Assembly: GCF_009914755.1 (NCBI RefSeq)
Contig: NC_060930.1
Reading direction: 5' to 3' (one strand)
DNA from: the human T2T-CHM13v2.0 reference genome, Homo sapiens
DNA: 64,000 nt
The translations under genes were made by a program, and so were the position numbers. The notes below the pieces were generated by a model, which saw only the letters and a program-made list of their open reading frames with translations, had not been told where the DNA came from and did no database searches. This document shows positions 29,023 through 42,819 of this stretch, piece after piece; within the stretch, counting starts at the first letter, position 1; each line of letters starts with the position of its first letter.

Positions 29023-30015
29023 ATTTCATCCAGAATAGTTTCACTACCTAAAACATCCTCAATGCTCTACTTTTTTCCCCCAAACCCCGTGCAACCACTG
29101 ATTCTTTTACCGTCTCCATAGGTTTGCCTTTTCCAGAATGTCATATAGTTGAAATAATGAGTGTGTAGCCTTTTCAGATTGACTTCTTTCATTTACTAGT
29201 ATGCATTTAAATGTCATCCATGTGTTTTCATGGCTTGATAACTTATTTTTTTTTAACCATCAAATAATATCCCATTGTTTGGATATACCATAGTTTATCC
29301 ATTCACTGAAGGACATCTTGGTTACTTCCAAGTTTTGGCAGTTTGGAATAAAGCTGTCATAAATATCTGAGTGCAGGTTTTTATGTGGATATAAGTTTTC
29401 AACTCACTTGGGTAAATACCAAAGAGAGAAATTTCAATTTCTGGATCATATGGTAAGAGTCTGTTTAATTTTGTAAGACACTACCCAACTGTCTTCCAAA
29501 GTGGCTATACTATTTTTGCCTTCCCACCAGCAACAGTAGAGAATTCCTGTTTCTCAACATCGTTTTCAGCTTGTGATGTTGTCAGTGTTTTGCATTTTAC
29601 CTGTTTGAATTAATGGGCATGTAGCGATATCTCGTCATTAGTTTGCAATTCCCTAATGACATACGATGTTGAACATCTTTTAATATGCTTATTTACCATA
29701 ACTTATTTGGTGAGGTGTCTGTTCAGGTCTTTAGCCAATTTTTCAGTTAGGTTGTTCACTTAAGACCCAACACTTAAGACTGTATTTTGGATAATAGTCC
29801 TTTATCAGACATGTTTTATGAAAATATTTTTTCCCATCTGTGTCTTGTCTTCACATTCTCTTGACATTTCTTTTTGTAGAGCAGAAGTTGTTCATTTTAA
29901 TGAAGTGCAGCTTTAAAATTATTTCTTTCATGGATCATGACTTTGGTGATATATCTAAAATGTCATTCCAATACCCAAGGTCATCTAGGTTTTTATCCTA
30001 TTGTCTCTTAAAAGT

Positions 30016-30900
30016 TTGGGTTTTTAGAAGTTAATTTTGAGATACCTACAAGATATTCAATTTAAAGTTCAATATATGAATCTCGAGTACAGTAGAAGTC
30101 AAGCATGGACATAAAAATTTATGGATACTCAATATGAAATTGATCATTAAAGCCATGCAACTGGGTTGATCATCTAGACATAGATAAAGAAAAGGTCAAA
30201 GGAATGAGCTCTTGGGCCCCCAAATATTTCATTTAGAGGTTGGAAAGATAAGGAAAAACTAGTTAAGGGAACAGAGAATAATAATCAATTAAGTAAAAAT
30301 AGAAGCAAGAAAAAATATTGTCCCAGAAGCCAAGTGAAGAAAGTGTCTCAAGATGCAGGGATGATTAAGTGTATCAAATCATGCTGATAAATTAAATTAG
30401 ATAAGGGCTGAGAAATGACCATTGGATTTGGCAACATAAAAGCCATTGATGTCATTAGCAAGAATTATTTCAGTAGAGCAATGGGAAAGGAAATTCTAAT
30501 GGAGTATGGGAAAGGAAATTCTAATGGAGTAGGTTGAGAGAGAACAGAAGGAGAGAATGTCTAAACAAAATTGTCAAGGATTCTTGCTGTAAATAAGAGA
30601 TTAATGACATGGTTGTGAAGTACAGGGAGATTGTTTTAAAGATAAAACATATTAAAGAATACTGTCTGTTGAGGGGGATAATCTAAAACAGAGAGAAAAA
30701 CTGATCACACAGGAGAGATAGGAGACATTGCCAGAGCAATGTAGGTGAGAAGGGACCAGATCTAGTGTACTGTACAGGGATTGATGCTAGAAAACAGCAT
30801 AGAATAAATATAATGATAATAATCCATTTAACAGGAGGGAAGGCATAGATAATGGGTGCTGATATAGCTGGGTCAGTAGATTTGTTGTTGAGAATATATG
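30016..30900 (-). mobile_element. L2 continuation
   Basis: ttttgagatacct, ttaaagccatg, cccagaagccaagtgaagaaagtg, gagaaatgaccattggatttggcaacat. Confidence 0.8.
30481..30530. repeat. Perfect 25-bp tandem duplication
   Basis: atgggaaaggaaattctaatggagt x2, no mismatches. Confidence 0.97.
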
Positions 30901-32736
30901 AAAGGGGGTATTTATTCTTGAATTTTCCAAAGACACCTAACGTATAATATCATGAACACAACTTATCATTCTGGTCCCATCCCGAGTAGCCAATGATATT
31001 TCTGCTAAAAACACTACTGTTTTACCAATCCCTAAAACAGTCAATTTTTATTGCTGTTTCTTATTTATTATTATTCTGTCACCTCATAATTTCCATACCT
31101 GTCCCCACCTTAACATTTGTGGAGCTACAATTCCATGTCAGTGAGGTCATGTGACTTAAGTATGTATTTATTTTAAAACTTTTTAATTCCTCTTTGAGTT
31201 ATAAGATCTACTATTAAAGACTTTTATTCTTCATCATTTGTTAAGTTTCTTGGCATTAACTAACATGTGTCCTCTTGAACTAAAATTTTTTTCTTGCTTT
31301 TTGAGGTAGGTTTATGAGGATTACCATTATTCTACCATTATTTCTAGTGTTTCTCTTTTCAAGCCACTTTAAATTGTCTTTTTGTTTTATTACTGTGAAT
31401 TTTTTTTTGATAAGGAGTCCTTACCTTTCACTTTTCTTTACTACCTCCTGTACTTTGTTTGCATACACTTTTCTCAGTTCCTCTTTTCGGTTTATGCCTT
31501 GTTTGCTTATACTTTCCTATCTACTTTATTTCATTAAACACTCAGTAGCTGAGAATGTTTGTTTTGTTTGGTATAGCCTTCATCTTATCTCCTACCAATG
31601 AATATTTTTTATATCATATTTTAACATATGAATACCTCTCTGATATCTTGAGAGTAAAGCTTTGATTATTCTTTTTATCATAGTTTTCATTTTTTCTTTT
31701 TCTAACAGGACTTGGCTTATTCATCTTTTATTTATTTAATATTTCAGGGATTTTGAGACATTAATATCAGTTATCACCATAGCATGATTAGCAAAGATGC
31801 TATCTTTCATTTTGTATTATACAAATTTTGTATTACACAAATTCTCTTACACATAAATCATATCACTTATAACTGGCCCACTTCTCTCTTTTTGTCATTT
31901 AATTTTTTCAGACTTAGTGTAATGCCCACAAAACAGTCATAACAGATTTACTTATTATCTCAATGTGGTTGCCCAGACTGAACTCACATCTGGGATAACA
32001 AAGCTTTTTATAATGGTGGCATTTAGAGTTAGAAATAAATAACCATAGAGAAAAGCATTTGAGTAATTTGTGCTCAATTTTGAAGATTATTTTTCCTACC
32101 TAAGTCATGAGAGTCAGTAATACTCTTCTAAACCAGTACAATATGGAAGAAATTAACAAAGGAAATTAACAAACCCAACAAAGTATTCATGCCTTCTATA
32201 CTTGATGTATAACATCAACTTTCAAAATAACAAATAGAATTTTGTAAACAGAAACAGAACAGTAGAAACACAAGAGATAAACTTATGTGGCTACAGCCAC
32301 AAAAACTGTATAATTGAACAGTTATAGAGCTCATTACTATAAGCATATCAGCATTGATATCTGGAATTAATGAGTGTTGTATGAAATAGGAAGGACCAAG
32401 ACTGAAGTCATATTTTAACAACAGCTGACAATTCTGGCCAAACATTTCTTGTAGATATTTTCTTGCTGAGGGGTATGTGCTTACAGTTGTATATTACTCA
32501 CAAGTACTGTTGAGTAGAGTTACATTTAATTATATCATCTAGTATGTAATTCTTTTTATAGTATATGTTCAGTTTTCCTTAATGGCTTCTTCCTTAAATA
32601 TGGCTTTAAGATTAGCAGCAGAACAGGAACTGATTGAACATTTACTATTATTTCCCTTATTGGGTAGTTTGGGTAGGCCAGATCTTACCTTATGTCTAAA
32701 AGTATGTTTCATCCATATTTCGTTATACATCAATAA

Positions 32737-33111
<375 letters not shown>

Positions 33112-33214
33112 TAGTTAAGATGGACTTTCAACATCATCCTTCTTGTCTGCAGTACTTATGCCATATAGATTTGTATGCAATGTGTCACTTTTGATTTATA
33201 GTCTTATTTTTTAA

Positions 33215-33617
<403 letters not shown>

Positions 33618-34477
33618 TGCTACTTTCATTATGTCTACTCTTTACCTAGTGATATCCCCATGTTTTTGAAAATGTATTTATTTTATCTTGAGGCCTTCCT
33701 TCTTCTCAGACCCTGATCATTCTACCTAAAGCAAAACAAAACCTTAAAAAAACCACCTTTCTTATCTTTTTCCCCTTCTAAAACTTTGGCTCCATATATA
33801 CAGAACCTGTTTTAATTTGTCTTTGCTTTCATTTTTGTCTATTAATTTCTCTGAATGCTTTATTTCTTTCCTGTCAAGAACTAAACCACTTCTTTTGAAG
33901 GGTTTGTTCTCTCCTTTCTTTCTTCTGCAAGAACCACCCTTTCCTTGGTGTCTGCTCACTGCTTTTGTCATCTATCTCAAGCATTTCTGTGTTCCTCACA
34001 ATACGGGGTTTCTACACAAAGTAGGTTCTTTAAATCTACTTTGGCCAAACTCTAAGCTGAGGAGACTTTTAAACAGCTTTTCCTCTGCATACTGGATACC
34101 AGCCAAGATTTGCTAGCCGCCTTTTGCCATTACACTGCATTGCATAGATGGCATCACAAAAAGTGTGTTCAGTTCTCTCATTGACCAAATCGCTATGGGC
34201 ATTTTGTTCTCTGTATTTAAAACTTTCGTCTGGCTGCATAGTGCTTGCAAAAAGGCCACTGCTTTAGTACACCAGCTTCCATAACAGGTGCCACAGAGAA
34301 CTAGAGGTTCATGAAGCTGCTTCAAGGGCCACTGCAGGATGTAGGAAAGGCTGAGGGCACAGCCCAGAACCTCTGCCTCTAGCTCTAATGTGAATGCCTC
34401 CTACATGTTAGCATTCTATATAAGTTTCATATTTGAAAAAAAATTTTACAGATGAAAATATAAGCTTGAAAACAGTT

Positions 34478-34630
34478 GGTACAGTGAAGAAGAATTGGCC
34501 AGGAAGCCAGAAGGTTCTACATCTACCCCCTGGGCAAACTTGAATACTCTCATCTGTAAAGTGGAGATGTTATAACTCATTAACTCACTTAGAGTTGGAA
34601 GGATCACATGAAATAGTGTAAGAATGCATG
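34478..34630 (+). mobile_element. MIR/MIR3 fragment
   Basis: ctgggcaaa...ctcatctgtaaagtggagat...ggaaggatcacatgaaata. Confidence 0.6.
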
Positions 34631-34674
34631 ACTGTCAGAAAAAATTAAATGTGTGAAAGAAATCTCTGTATATC

Positions 34675-34940
34675 AAGATTTATGCATCTCAAAAAATAAT
34701 GTTTCATAAAAAAGGCAAGTTGTAGAATGGTAGATACAGTGTGACAACATTTGTAATAATTTAAAACAAATACTGAATAATACCTATTATTGCTAGAGGA
34801 TTAGCAGTGGGCATTAGGACACAATGGACTTGAGGATGATATGTAAACCTTTTTTTTTTTCTTTTTAAAGAAGCAATTAAGTCAAATGCTAACAATAATT
34901 GTACTGGTTATGTTATCATGTACTTTCTATTTGTTTTTAA
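34675..34940 (+). mobile_element. L1ME 3'UTR fragment
   Basis: atgcatctcaaaaaataatgtt...aaaaggcaagttgtagaatg...tacagtgtgacaacatttg. Confidence 0.5.
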
Positions 34941-35540
34941 GTTACCCCTCTTCTCCCAAATCTTTAAATACTATTTAACTGTGTTCATGGCATTTTATTA
35001 AGTGATTTCTTCATCAACATTTATATCTTCTCATTAGTCCCTGAAAGTGTGTCTGTGCTTAAATGAAAAGTTCAAGGGGAAGAGAAATGATGGTTGCTTT
35101 TCTGGCATGGTTTATATATGGAATATATTTAATCTAGTTTATACCTTCTCTTCTACTCATTATTTTATTCCTATAAAAAGTGAAGGAAAGCTAGAACTCT
35201 GGGTGGTATCATCATTTATTTTTTCAACTATCTCATCTCTTTTCTCTGCTCAGCAACAAATCTCCAACATAAATTATTCTTTCACTGCCAATTTGGAAAA
35301 CACATCAAACTTCCTCCTTTCCAGGCTTGGATGCCTGCAAATCAACCTTTTGAATCAATGTCAGTTGAATTACTAATTAGGGATTCCTCTGCTATCTACC
35401 AGGATGCTGAGCATTGATCTTCTCTCAAAGGGTCCTGCTGCTTCCCTCCCTTCATGGAAATGGCAAGTATCCAAGATTACTTGTTTTTCCTCCTCTTTCT
35501 TCTTCAATTCCTAACCTGGAAGGACACAATAATATCTAAA

Positions 35541-35660
35541 AAGCCAGCTGCAGAGGTGTGCACCTGTAGTCCTAGCTACTCAGGAGGTTGAGGCGGGAGG
35601 ATCACCTGAGCTCAGGAGTTGAAGTGCAGCCTGGGCAACATCCCCACCTTGAAAGAAAAA
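35541..35660 (+). mobile_element. FLAM monomer
   Basis: gcacctgtagtcctagctactcaggagg...ggaggatcacctgagctcaggagtt...cagcctgggcaaca. Confidence 0.85.
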
Positions 35661-35673
35661 TTGGAACGTGGGA

Positions 35674-35741
35674 GGAAGGAAGGAAGGAAGGAGGGAAGGA
35701 GAGAAGGAAGGAAGGAAGGAAGGAAGGAAGGAAGGAAGGAA
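35674..35741. repeat. (GGAA)n microsatellite
   Basis: (GGAA)4 GGAG GGAA GGAG AGAA (GGAA)9, giving 14 GGAA units with 9 consecutive. Confidence 0.97.
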
Positions 35742-36269
35742 AGTATCTACTATTTCCCTTGCTCTTTAAATCTTCCCAGTATTTTCTTTCTTTTCTCTCT
35801 TCTTTGGCACTGCTCTGACTTGTTCCTTTAATGCTCTTCTGTGGGCATTCATTTTGTAGCTTAGAGTTGACATTATTTAGCAGATGGGAAGGAGAAGTTG
35901 GGAGCTGGGGGATGGAGATATGGACTGCACATATTTTGGAATTAGCACAATATCACTCCTAGTCTTTCATTTTCCCAGTAGGGTATGATATTTCTTGGGT
36001 TCACAACTTTTTTCTCCTTGCCTGCTAGTGGTGCTGCAACATTTCTCTGGTGACTTGTCACAGATGAAAGCTTTTTTGCCTTTCAACAATGGTAAAAGTG
36101 TGACAGGCACAGGTGATAATCCTCATTTTATAGGTTATGAAGTGGAAATGAAGAGACCTTGATACTAGCCTGTGATACAGCTGTGATTATGGCTTGGGCC
36201 TCTGGTTGCCTAGCTTCAGCCTCTTTTTTCTTCACTTTTTGTCCTAAGTAAGAAATCTTTGCAGTCTTT

Positions 36270-37385
36270 GTTGGATTCTACTTCATTCAACTCTAAATGC
36301 TAGGATGTTTTCCCCAGCTGTACTCACTTTCTTGTTAATCTCATTCAGCTCCATTTAAAATGCCAACTATATACTATTGACTCCTAAATATATCTTTTGA
36401 TATGACCTCTCCCCTGAACTCCAGTTTCATTTATCTTACTTATTTGACATCCGTCAGGATATTTAATAGGCATCTCAAACCTAGCTTGTCCAAACTTGAT
36501 TCCCCTCCACCCTCAAACCAACTACTTCCTGAGCTTTCTCAATGTGACAATATTATTCACACAGCTGGCTTTTGTTAAAAAACAACTTGGAGTCAATATT
36601 GATTCTTATTTTTCTTTCATACCATTATTCAAACCATCAGCTGATCATGTGTGCCCCACTTTCAAAATATATCCCAAATCTGACCACATCTCACCATTGC
36701 CATCCTATTAAAGCTACTCATATATCATCTGATCTGGGAAGATTACTAACTGGTTTTACTTGCTATAATCTATTTTCCATGCAGCTGTCAGGGTCCTTGT
36801 AAAACATAACTCAGATCATGACATTCCTTTGCTCAAAATTTTCTAATGTCTTCTCAGCATATTTTTAGGTATTCCAAACTCCTTACTATGGCATCTGATG
36901 ACCTACATGATGGGCCACTGGCCAATTCTCTAATTATATCTCCTGATTTCTCTCCCTCACTCAGTCTGCTCCAGGCACACTGACCTGCTTTCCCTTGGGT
37001 TGCCAAACACACTTGGCTTCAGTCTTTCCTATTGCTGATCTTTTGCCTGGAAATATCCCAGGATAATTGCCCTACTCCCATCTTCACTTCTTTCAGATAT
37101 CTGCAAGTATCACCTCCTCAAGGACAATCAACCACACTAACTACAAACCATAGCCCTATCCCTCACTATCTCCTTTCCTGCTTTCTCTTCACAGCAGTTA
37201 CCACACCCTGACTTTATATATCTCTTAATATATTTATCTTTTTCTATTTCTCCTTCTAGAATATTAGCTCTGTGAGGGAGGGACTTTAACACTCTTCTTC
37301 ACTGCTGTGTCCCCAGTGTCTAGAACTGCTCCTAAGTTATAAGAACAGATTCAGATGGACTCACTAAACATTTGTTGACTCGATG
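36270..37385 (+). mobile_element. L2a 3' region
   Basis: gacctctcccctgaactccag, taataggcatctcaaac, tcagatcatgacattcctttgctcaaaa, ctagaatattagctctgtgagggagggac, tgtccccagtgtctagaac. Confidence 0.9.
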
Positions 37386-37654
37386 ACTACTGGAGGATAC
37401 TTCAGGCTGGGCTATTGAGATGGGCCCAGATCAGAAGAAATCCTCTGACAAGGAGCCATCACACACTGAGCCTTATTGTGGTCAAATTCATGCTATCTAT
37501 CTGCACTATACAAACACACTTGTTTTGAGGACAGGCCTCGTTTCTACAGTCTGACTTATCTTAGCTTTTAATATTATTTTGTTTCTATAAATACACTCAT
37601 ATTTCTCATACTACATATTTATTGGTTGCATACCAGAAACCAGTCTCTATATAA

Positions 37655-37849
37655 TTTTTTTTATTTTAATAGGTTTTTGGGGAGCAGGTGGTTTTGGGTT
37701 ACATGGATAAGTTCACTCGTGGTGATTTCTGAGATTTTGGTGCACCCATCACCATCACCCGAGCAGTGTACACTGTATCTAATGTGTATTCTTATTCCTC
37801 ACTCCACTCCCACCTTTTCCCCTAAGTTCCCAAAGTCCATTGTATCATT
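37655..37849 (-). mobile_element. L1PB 3'-terminal fragment
   Basis: ggtttttggggagcaggtggttttgggttacatggataagttc...ggtgatttctgagattttggtgcacccatcacc...caaagtccattgtatcatt. Confidence 0.9.
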
Positions 37850-38012
37850 TGTGTCAGGCTCTATACTTCTCTATTCTTTACCTATTTTAATCCTCACAAG
37901 AACATAAGGGTCCTATTGAGCTTAAGTATTTTGCCCAAAGCTGGTCAGTGGTGAAGTCAGAATTTTAAACATGGAAGCCTGACAAGAAGGCCAAACTCTT
38001 AACCACCATCGC
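37850..38012 (-). mobile_element. MIR fragment
   Basis: tttaatcctcacaag...ttgcccaaag...tggtgaagtcagaatttt...ctcttaaccacc. Confidence 0.6.
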
Positions 38013-39424
38013 TCTGCTTTGTATTCTCATACTGCTCCTGGTGTCTCCGTTTTTGGCTGAGAAGATATGAATATCATGGCGAAGCATCAGTGCAGCAATG
38101 CTCCCAGAGCTTTCACACACCGTTACATATTTACTGAGGTGTGTGATGGAATGGCATTTTTCTTTTTAAGATTCAACAACCCATTAATTCTGCAACTTTA
38201 GGACAACCTGTCCCATGTGCTGCCCAACAAATATTCTTTCTCCTTATGATCATTGGACAATAAAGAGACCATGTTCTGGTAATTTCTCCACACCTTGTCC
38301 TGCCCTCCTCCTCCTAAGAACTGATTGTTTCCTACATTCTGCAGGCTGCTCAGTCAACCTGGTCACTGTGATATCCTCAGTGCTAAGGACACTGGAAGCG
38401 GGAGTCAGGTTTGCACAGTTAGATTGATAAGCAGATGCTAAGCCGATGTGGCACAGCTGCTACTGCTGAGCCAGGAAAAGCAGGTCAAGGTTATTAGGAG
38501 AAAGTGTGGCACTTGTCCATAGCTGGAAGCAAAAATATTCCCATGTACTGTTCCCTTTCCCAGTCTCTCTCTTCAGATCCCTTCTTGTTCTCTCTTTGTA
38601 TTTCTTTCCGTCTTCTCTTTTATAGAGTATTATGGCCAAAGAGACATATATTGAAATAGCTGGACTTCTCTAAACAAAGGACATCCATAAAACAATAACT
38701 TTGTTTTTCTAACATTATGGGTATTACTTGATCTACCAAGTAGTACCATGCTTTAAAAATAAGTCAAAGATTAACAGTGACCATTTGCCATTTATTATTT
38801 CATTCTATTTCTTTATTTCTAAGACATGGTTTCACATATGAAATATACAGAACATTTTGTACTAATGCATCAGAAATGCATGGCACATTAGCATACATGC
38901 AATGCAACCAGGCAGTCTGGTTTGTGGTTTCCATTTTTCATTGAATTGAATTTATTGGTGTCTAAATTTGATTTTTCATCCAGAAGAACCTGTTTCCCCT
39001 AAGGTCTTTTTAGTTGTTTCTATGTAATTTTGAACTGAATATCATTTAATTAGGTGAAAATGACCACATGAAATAAACCAACCCTAAAACCAAAGGCATT
39101 TAAAAATTATCATCTTTAGATTGACTGCATCAGTATCTACCAGTAGAACTTGAAGCCTTATCAGGCAGACTACCAGATAGTACATGTGCCCTGCCCCTGT
39201 TTGGGAATTCTCTGACTGTTACAAGTAGTGTGGCACCTCCCAGAAAGCTCACTTCCCTTCTAGACCTCCCCGCCCCCACCACTCATTATGCCAATCCCCA
39301 GCCTGGGACCAGGCCTTATCCTCTGACTGGAAATCTTTGGGCTCACCAAAAATTTGGAGACGTCTGCTTCAATTATATTTTATACATAATTTTGCCTTTA
39401 CAGTCCCTTCAGAATATGTCGTGT

Positions 39425-39620
39425 GGAACATATGAAGAGCACTGAGCTGGAAGTCTGGGTTTATATTTGAGCCCTGGCACTTATTAGCTGTATAAGTACA
39501 GGAAATTGCACATCTCTCTGAGCTTCAATTCCTTGTTTATCTGAATAAGAAGGGAGTGATAAAAGAAAAAAAATCTGGGAAGTATCTAGCATAATATAGT
39601 AATACCTGCAATAAACAATA
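39425..39620 (+). mobile_element. MIR
   Basis: gaagagcactgagctggaagtc...cacttattagctgt...catctctctgagcttcaattcc. Confidence 0.7.
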
Positions 39621-40654
39621 GCAATTCTTATAATACTGTTACTGTTTCCCTGAACTAGCTTTTGTACTCCTGGTAATAAAGCACCTCAAGGCAGAGAATG
39701 GTAAGTGGAGAAGAAATTAAAATGACTTTTCACCAAATTTTGCTTGTAAAATGTCTGAAATTTAAGCAAACAGACAGCAAACTTACTTATACTCAGGACA
39801 AGTAACTAGGTCATGGAGAAGAAATGCCAGATCTTACAAATGTAAAAAGTAAACACAGGATTTAACAGTATGTTTCTAGGTCATATGCATAAGTGGGAAT
39901 AAAAGTAATGCCTGCTGCATTGTGTTGTTATGAGAACAGAATGGTTTAATCCATATAAAGCACTTAAAAGATGTAGGGAAAAAAAACCCAAATTAGATAT
40001 TGACATCATTGAATAAAAGACTTGACTTTTAGTCTTGGTGGCATGCCAGTGATTATGGGGAAGTCTCTTTCGTTTGAAATACTGCAAGTCTGATTGTGGT
40101 ATTTCTTGAGATTTTGAGAATGTCTAAATAGAATCCCATTAGCTCCTTGAGGCATTTATCTCTATATCTTACCTCTTGGTACAGTATTTGGCACAGACTC
40201 AGTATTTAGCGAATGCTTATTGAATGAGTGGATGAGCAAATAGAAAAGCTACCTGTCTTGTCTAATTCTAAAGGTCATTTGGTTAAGACCATAGCATTTT
40301 GATGCAAATTGCAATTTCTTTATTTTTCTTCTCACTTTGCCCACCCACCCTATCCCACCAGGTACACAACTGTGCAACCTCTCTACCTCTTCTCACTCTA
40401 GAAAGCATTTACCTGGAAGCAGTCTGGAGCCACAAACTCTAGAGCCCACAAGATCCACACAGGGAGTACGAGTGAGTGGAATGGTCCAGGGGATGGTGGA
40501 TGAGTCCTCCCAGAAAGCAATATCAGGAGAGCAGCAGCCTCACCTGTGTTTCAATTGTGTCTTTACTCAGCAACTAGAACAGTGCCATCTACATAGTCCA
40601 TCATAAATAAATACTGGTTGAATGAATGAATGAATAAATAAATACTCAAAATTA

Positions 40655-40856
40655 ACTGTTGCATGGCAAGGATGAGGACCAAATGCTGTCCAACTCTTAG
40701 ATTTCTTAAGAAATCTAAGAGAGTTTGTACTTTTATGTGAATTGTCTTGCTTTCAAAAGTTGACAACAAAGGAAAAATGTAAAGACACTGGGCAGGTCAA
40801 ACAAAAACATATCTAAGGGGAAAATTCCACTCCTAAGCTCCAATTAGAAACCTCTG
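40655..40856. mobile_element. MER102-like hAT fragment, preceded by L2 3' ends at about 40120-40240 and 40560-40640
   Basis: ttttatgtgaatt...aagttgacaac...acactgggcaggtcaaacaaaaacatatct...aaacctctg. Confidence 0.55.
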
Positions 40857-40949
40857 CTCTTCGTAATAGCTTATGTAATATTTTCCCATTTGCCCTGTAG
40901 GATCACTTTTGTTATTACACTTTTTTTTTCATATGTGCTGTATAGTATA

Positions 40950-41095
40950 AATAGTATTGTGCCCATTTTATGGATGAAATCATTGAAGTTCTGAGAATTT
41001 AATTGCCTTGTTTAAGGTCACAACACTGGTATGTAATGAAACTGGGACTAGGATTTGTTTTCTGACCTCAAATCCTGTGTGCATTCCCGGGCACC
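40950..41095 (-). mobile_element. MIR
   Basis: cccattttatggatgaaatcattgaagttctgaga...aaggtcacaac...ctgggactagg...tctgacctcaaatcctgtg. Confidence 0.75.
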
Positions 41096-41499
41096 ATTCT
41101 GATTATTTTTCCTCACGTCCTTTGGCAGTAGAAGGTAAATCACAAACCATTTACTTGTTGTTACTTCACCCACTTGAATTTCTATTGTTAGGACTGTCCA
41201 GCACTTTCTCACTGTTTCTTCTCCCCATCTTCCAGGCAATCTAGTTCAAACAAGTAAGTGTGCAATGCAGCATTAGAATTGGAATTAAAATAAAGTTGTT
41301 TCTAATTGGTGTTATTAATTCACAAAAATGCTGATTTCAGCTATCTACTTGTATGTACAGACATCATTTTGAATCATGGAGAATTGGTAGTTCCTTTCAT
41401 TTGGATCTAGATTTGATCACTGCAAAAAGAACATAATCTTTTTAACAAGATAAAGATTGTTTGTATTTTCCCCTCTTTCATGTACATCTGAACATAAAT

Positions 41500-41843
41500 A
41501 GTCCAGGGATGCTATAGTGGCTCCAAAGTGTTGGAAAAGTAGACTTTAAAATCTAATACGTGGTTGTTAGTCTTGTCTGCTTTATCAAGCATACTCACTA
41601 ATATGTTCATATTAAATTCAGATGGGCAGAGGAAAGAGAAGGGGATTGTGTTCCCCTTCCTCTTTTGTGCATGAAGTGAAGCTTGCATGTATTGCTTCTG
41701 CTCACAGATTACTGGCCAGAATTTATTATTTAGCCACTGAACTGCAAGGGAGTGAGAAATGTAGTTTTTTATCTGGATGGCCAGGTTCAATGCCATATAA
41801 AAACAAGACAACAAATATTGGGGAGCAATTTGTGATATCTGCC
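41500..41843 (-). mobile_element. Old MLT1 (J/K-like) LTR fragment
   Basis: cttctgctcaca...tggccagaatt...aactgcaagggagtgagaaatgtagt...atattggggagcaa. Confidence 0.6.
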
Positions 41844-41921
41844 AGCTAAGCATAAATGTATTCTTTAGTGTTTAAGCGGTGTTTTCTAACTGGATTGAGT
41901 ATTCTTGTTACAGGTACTTAG

Positions 41922-41923
<2 letters not shown>

Positions 41924-41954
<31 letters not shown>
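41924..41954. repeat. Poly(T) run, 31 nt
   Basis: Uninterrupted T run with no adjoining Alu or L1 body. Confidence 0.95.
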
Positions 41955-41957
<3 letters not shown>

Positions 41958-42312
41958 TTTCATCCGCAATATTTAGTATGAATAGTAGATGTTTGGTGGA
42001 TGAATATTTTAATACATTAAATAAAAGTGTTAACTGGATAAGTCTTAAGACTCTTCTCTGAATTAATTGTAAATCATTACGTAAATTTTGAAACTTGAAA
42101 TTTTCGGGGAGCTAAAATAGTCAAGTATATTAGGCCTTGGAGTTGATAATTGCGGACAGGGGCCATTGAACAGGAATACATCACATTACTCTTTGGAGAT
42201 AACACCACCCCTCCTCTTCTTAAGTATGTGGTTGACACAACCATTTCACATAGCCACTCATCTTCTGATACTTGGGGGATTTCATTCGTGAGAACATTGA
42301 AAACATTACAGG

Positions 42313-42801
42313 TTAATTATTTCTGTTTTTATGGCTGTTGTAACAAATTACCTTAAACTTTGGGGCTTAGAACAACAGAAATGTATTCACTCACAGACTT
42401 GGAAGCCAGAAGTCTGAAGTCAGTATCACTGGGCCCAGATCAAGGTGTCTGCAGGGTTGCACTCCCTCGGAAGGCTCCAGGGGAGAATCTGTTCCTTGCC
42501 TTTTTCAGCTTCTGGTGGCTGCTGGCACTCCTTGACTTGTGGTCGTGTCACTACAGTCTCTGTTTCTGTCATTACATTGCCACCTTCTTTTCTGTGTCAA
42601 ATTCCCCTTTGTATCCTTCCCATAAGACCTTTTATGGTTGCATTTAGGACCCCCTGAATAATCCAGGATAATCTCCCCATCTCAAGACATAACTTTATCA
42701 CATCTGCAAAGTCCCTTTTTTGCCATATAAGGTAACATTCACAGATTCCAGGAATTAGAGCACAGATATCTTCTGGGCAAATTATTATTCTGCTCACCAT
42801 A
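42313..42801 (-). mobile_element. MLT1C-type MaLR solo LTR
   Basis: ggctgttgtaacaaattacc...aacaacagaaatgtatt...atcaaggtgtctgcagg...ataatccaggataatctccccatctcaaga...cacatctgcaaagtccc...aaggtaacattcacag. Confidence 0.92.
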
Positions 42802-42819
42802 GTAATATTATTGTTGTTG

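Noticed and set aside
31811-31842. Imperfect 16-bp tandem tttgtattayacaaat, and gaaattaacaaa x2 near 32149-32173
   Set aside because: Short AT-rich slippage duplications, common background.
35588-35831. ORFs with RKEG repeats
   Set aside because: Translation of the GGAA microsatellite plus FLAM.
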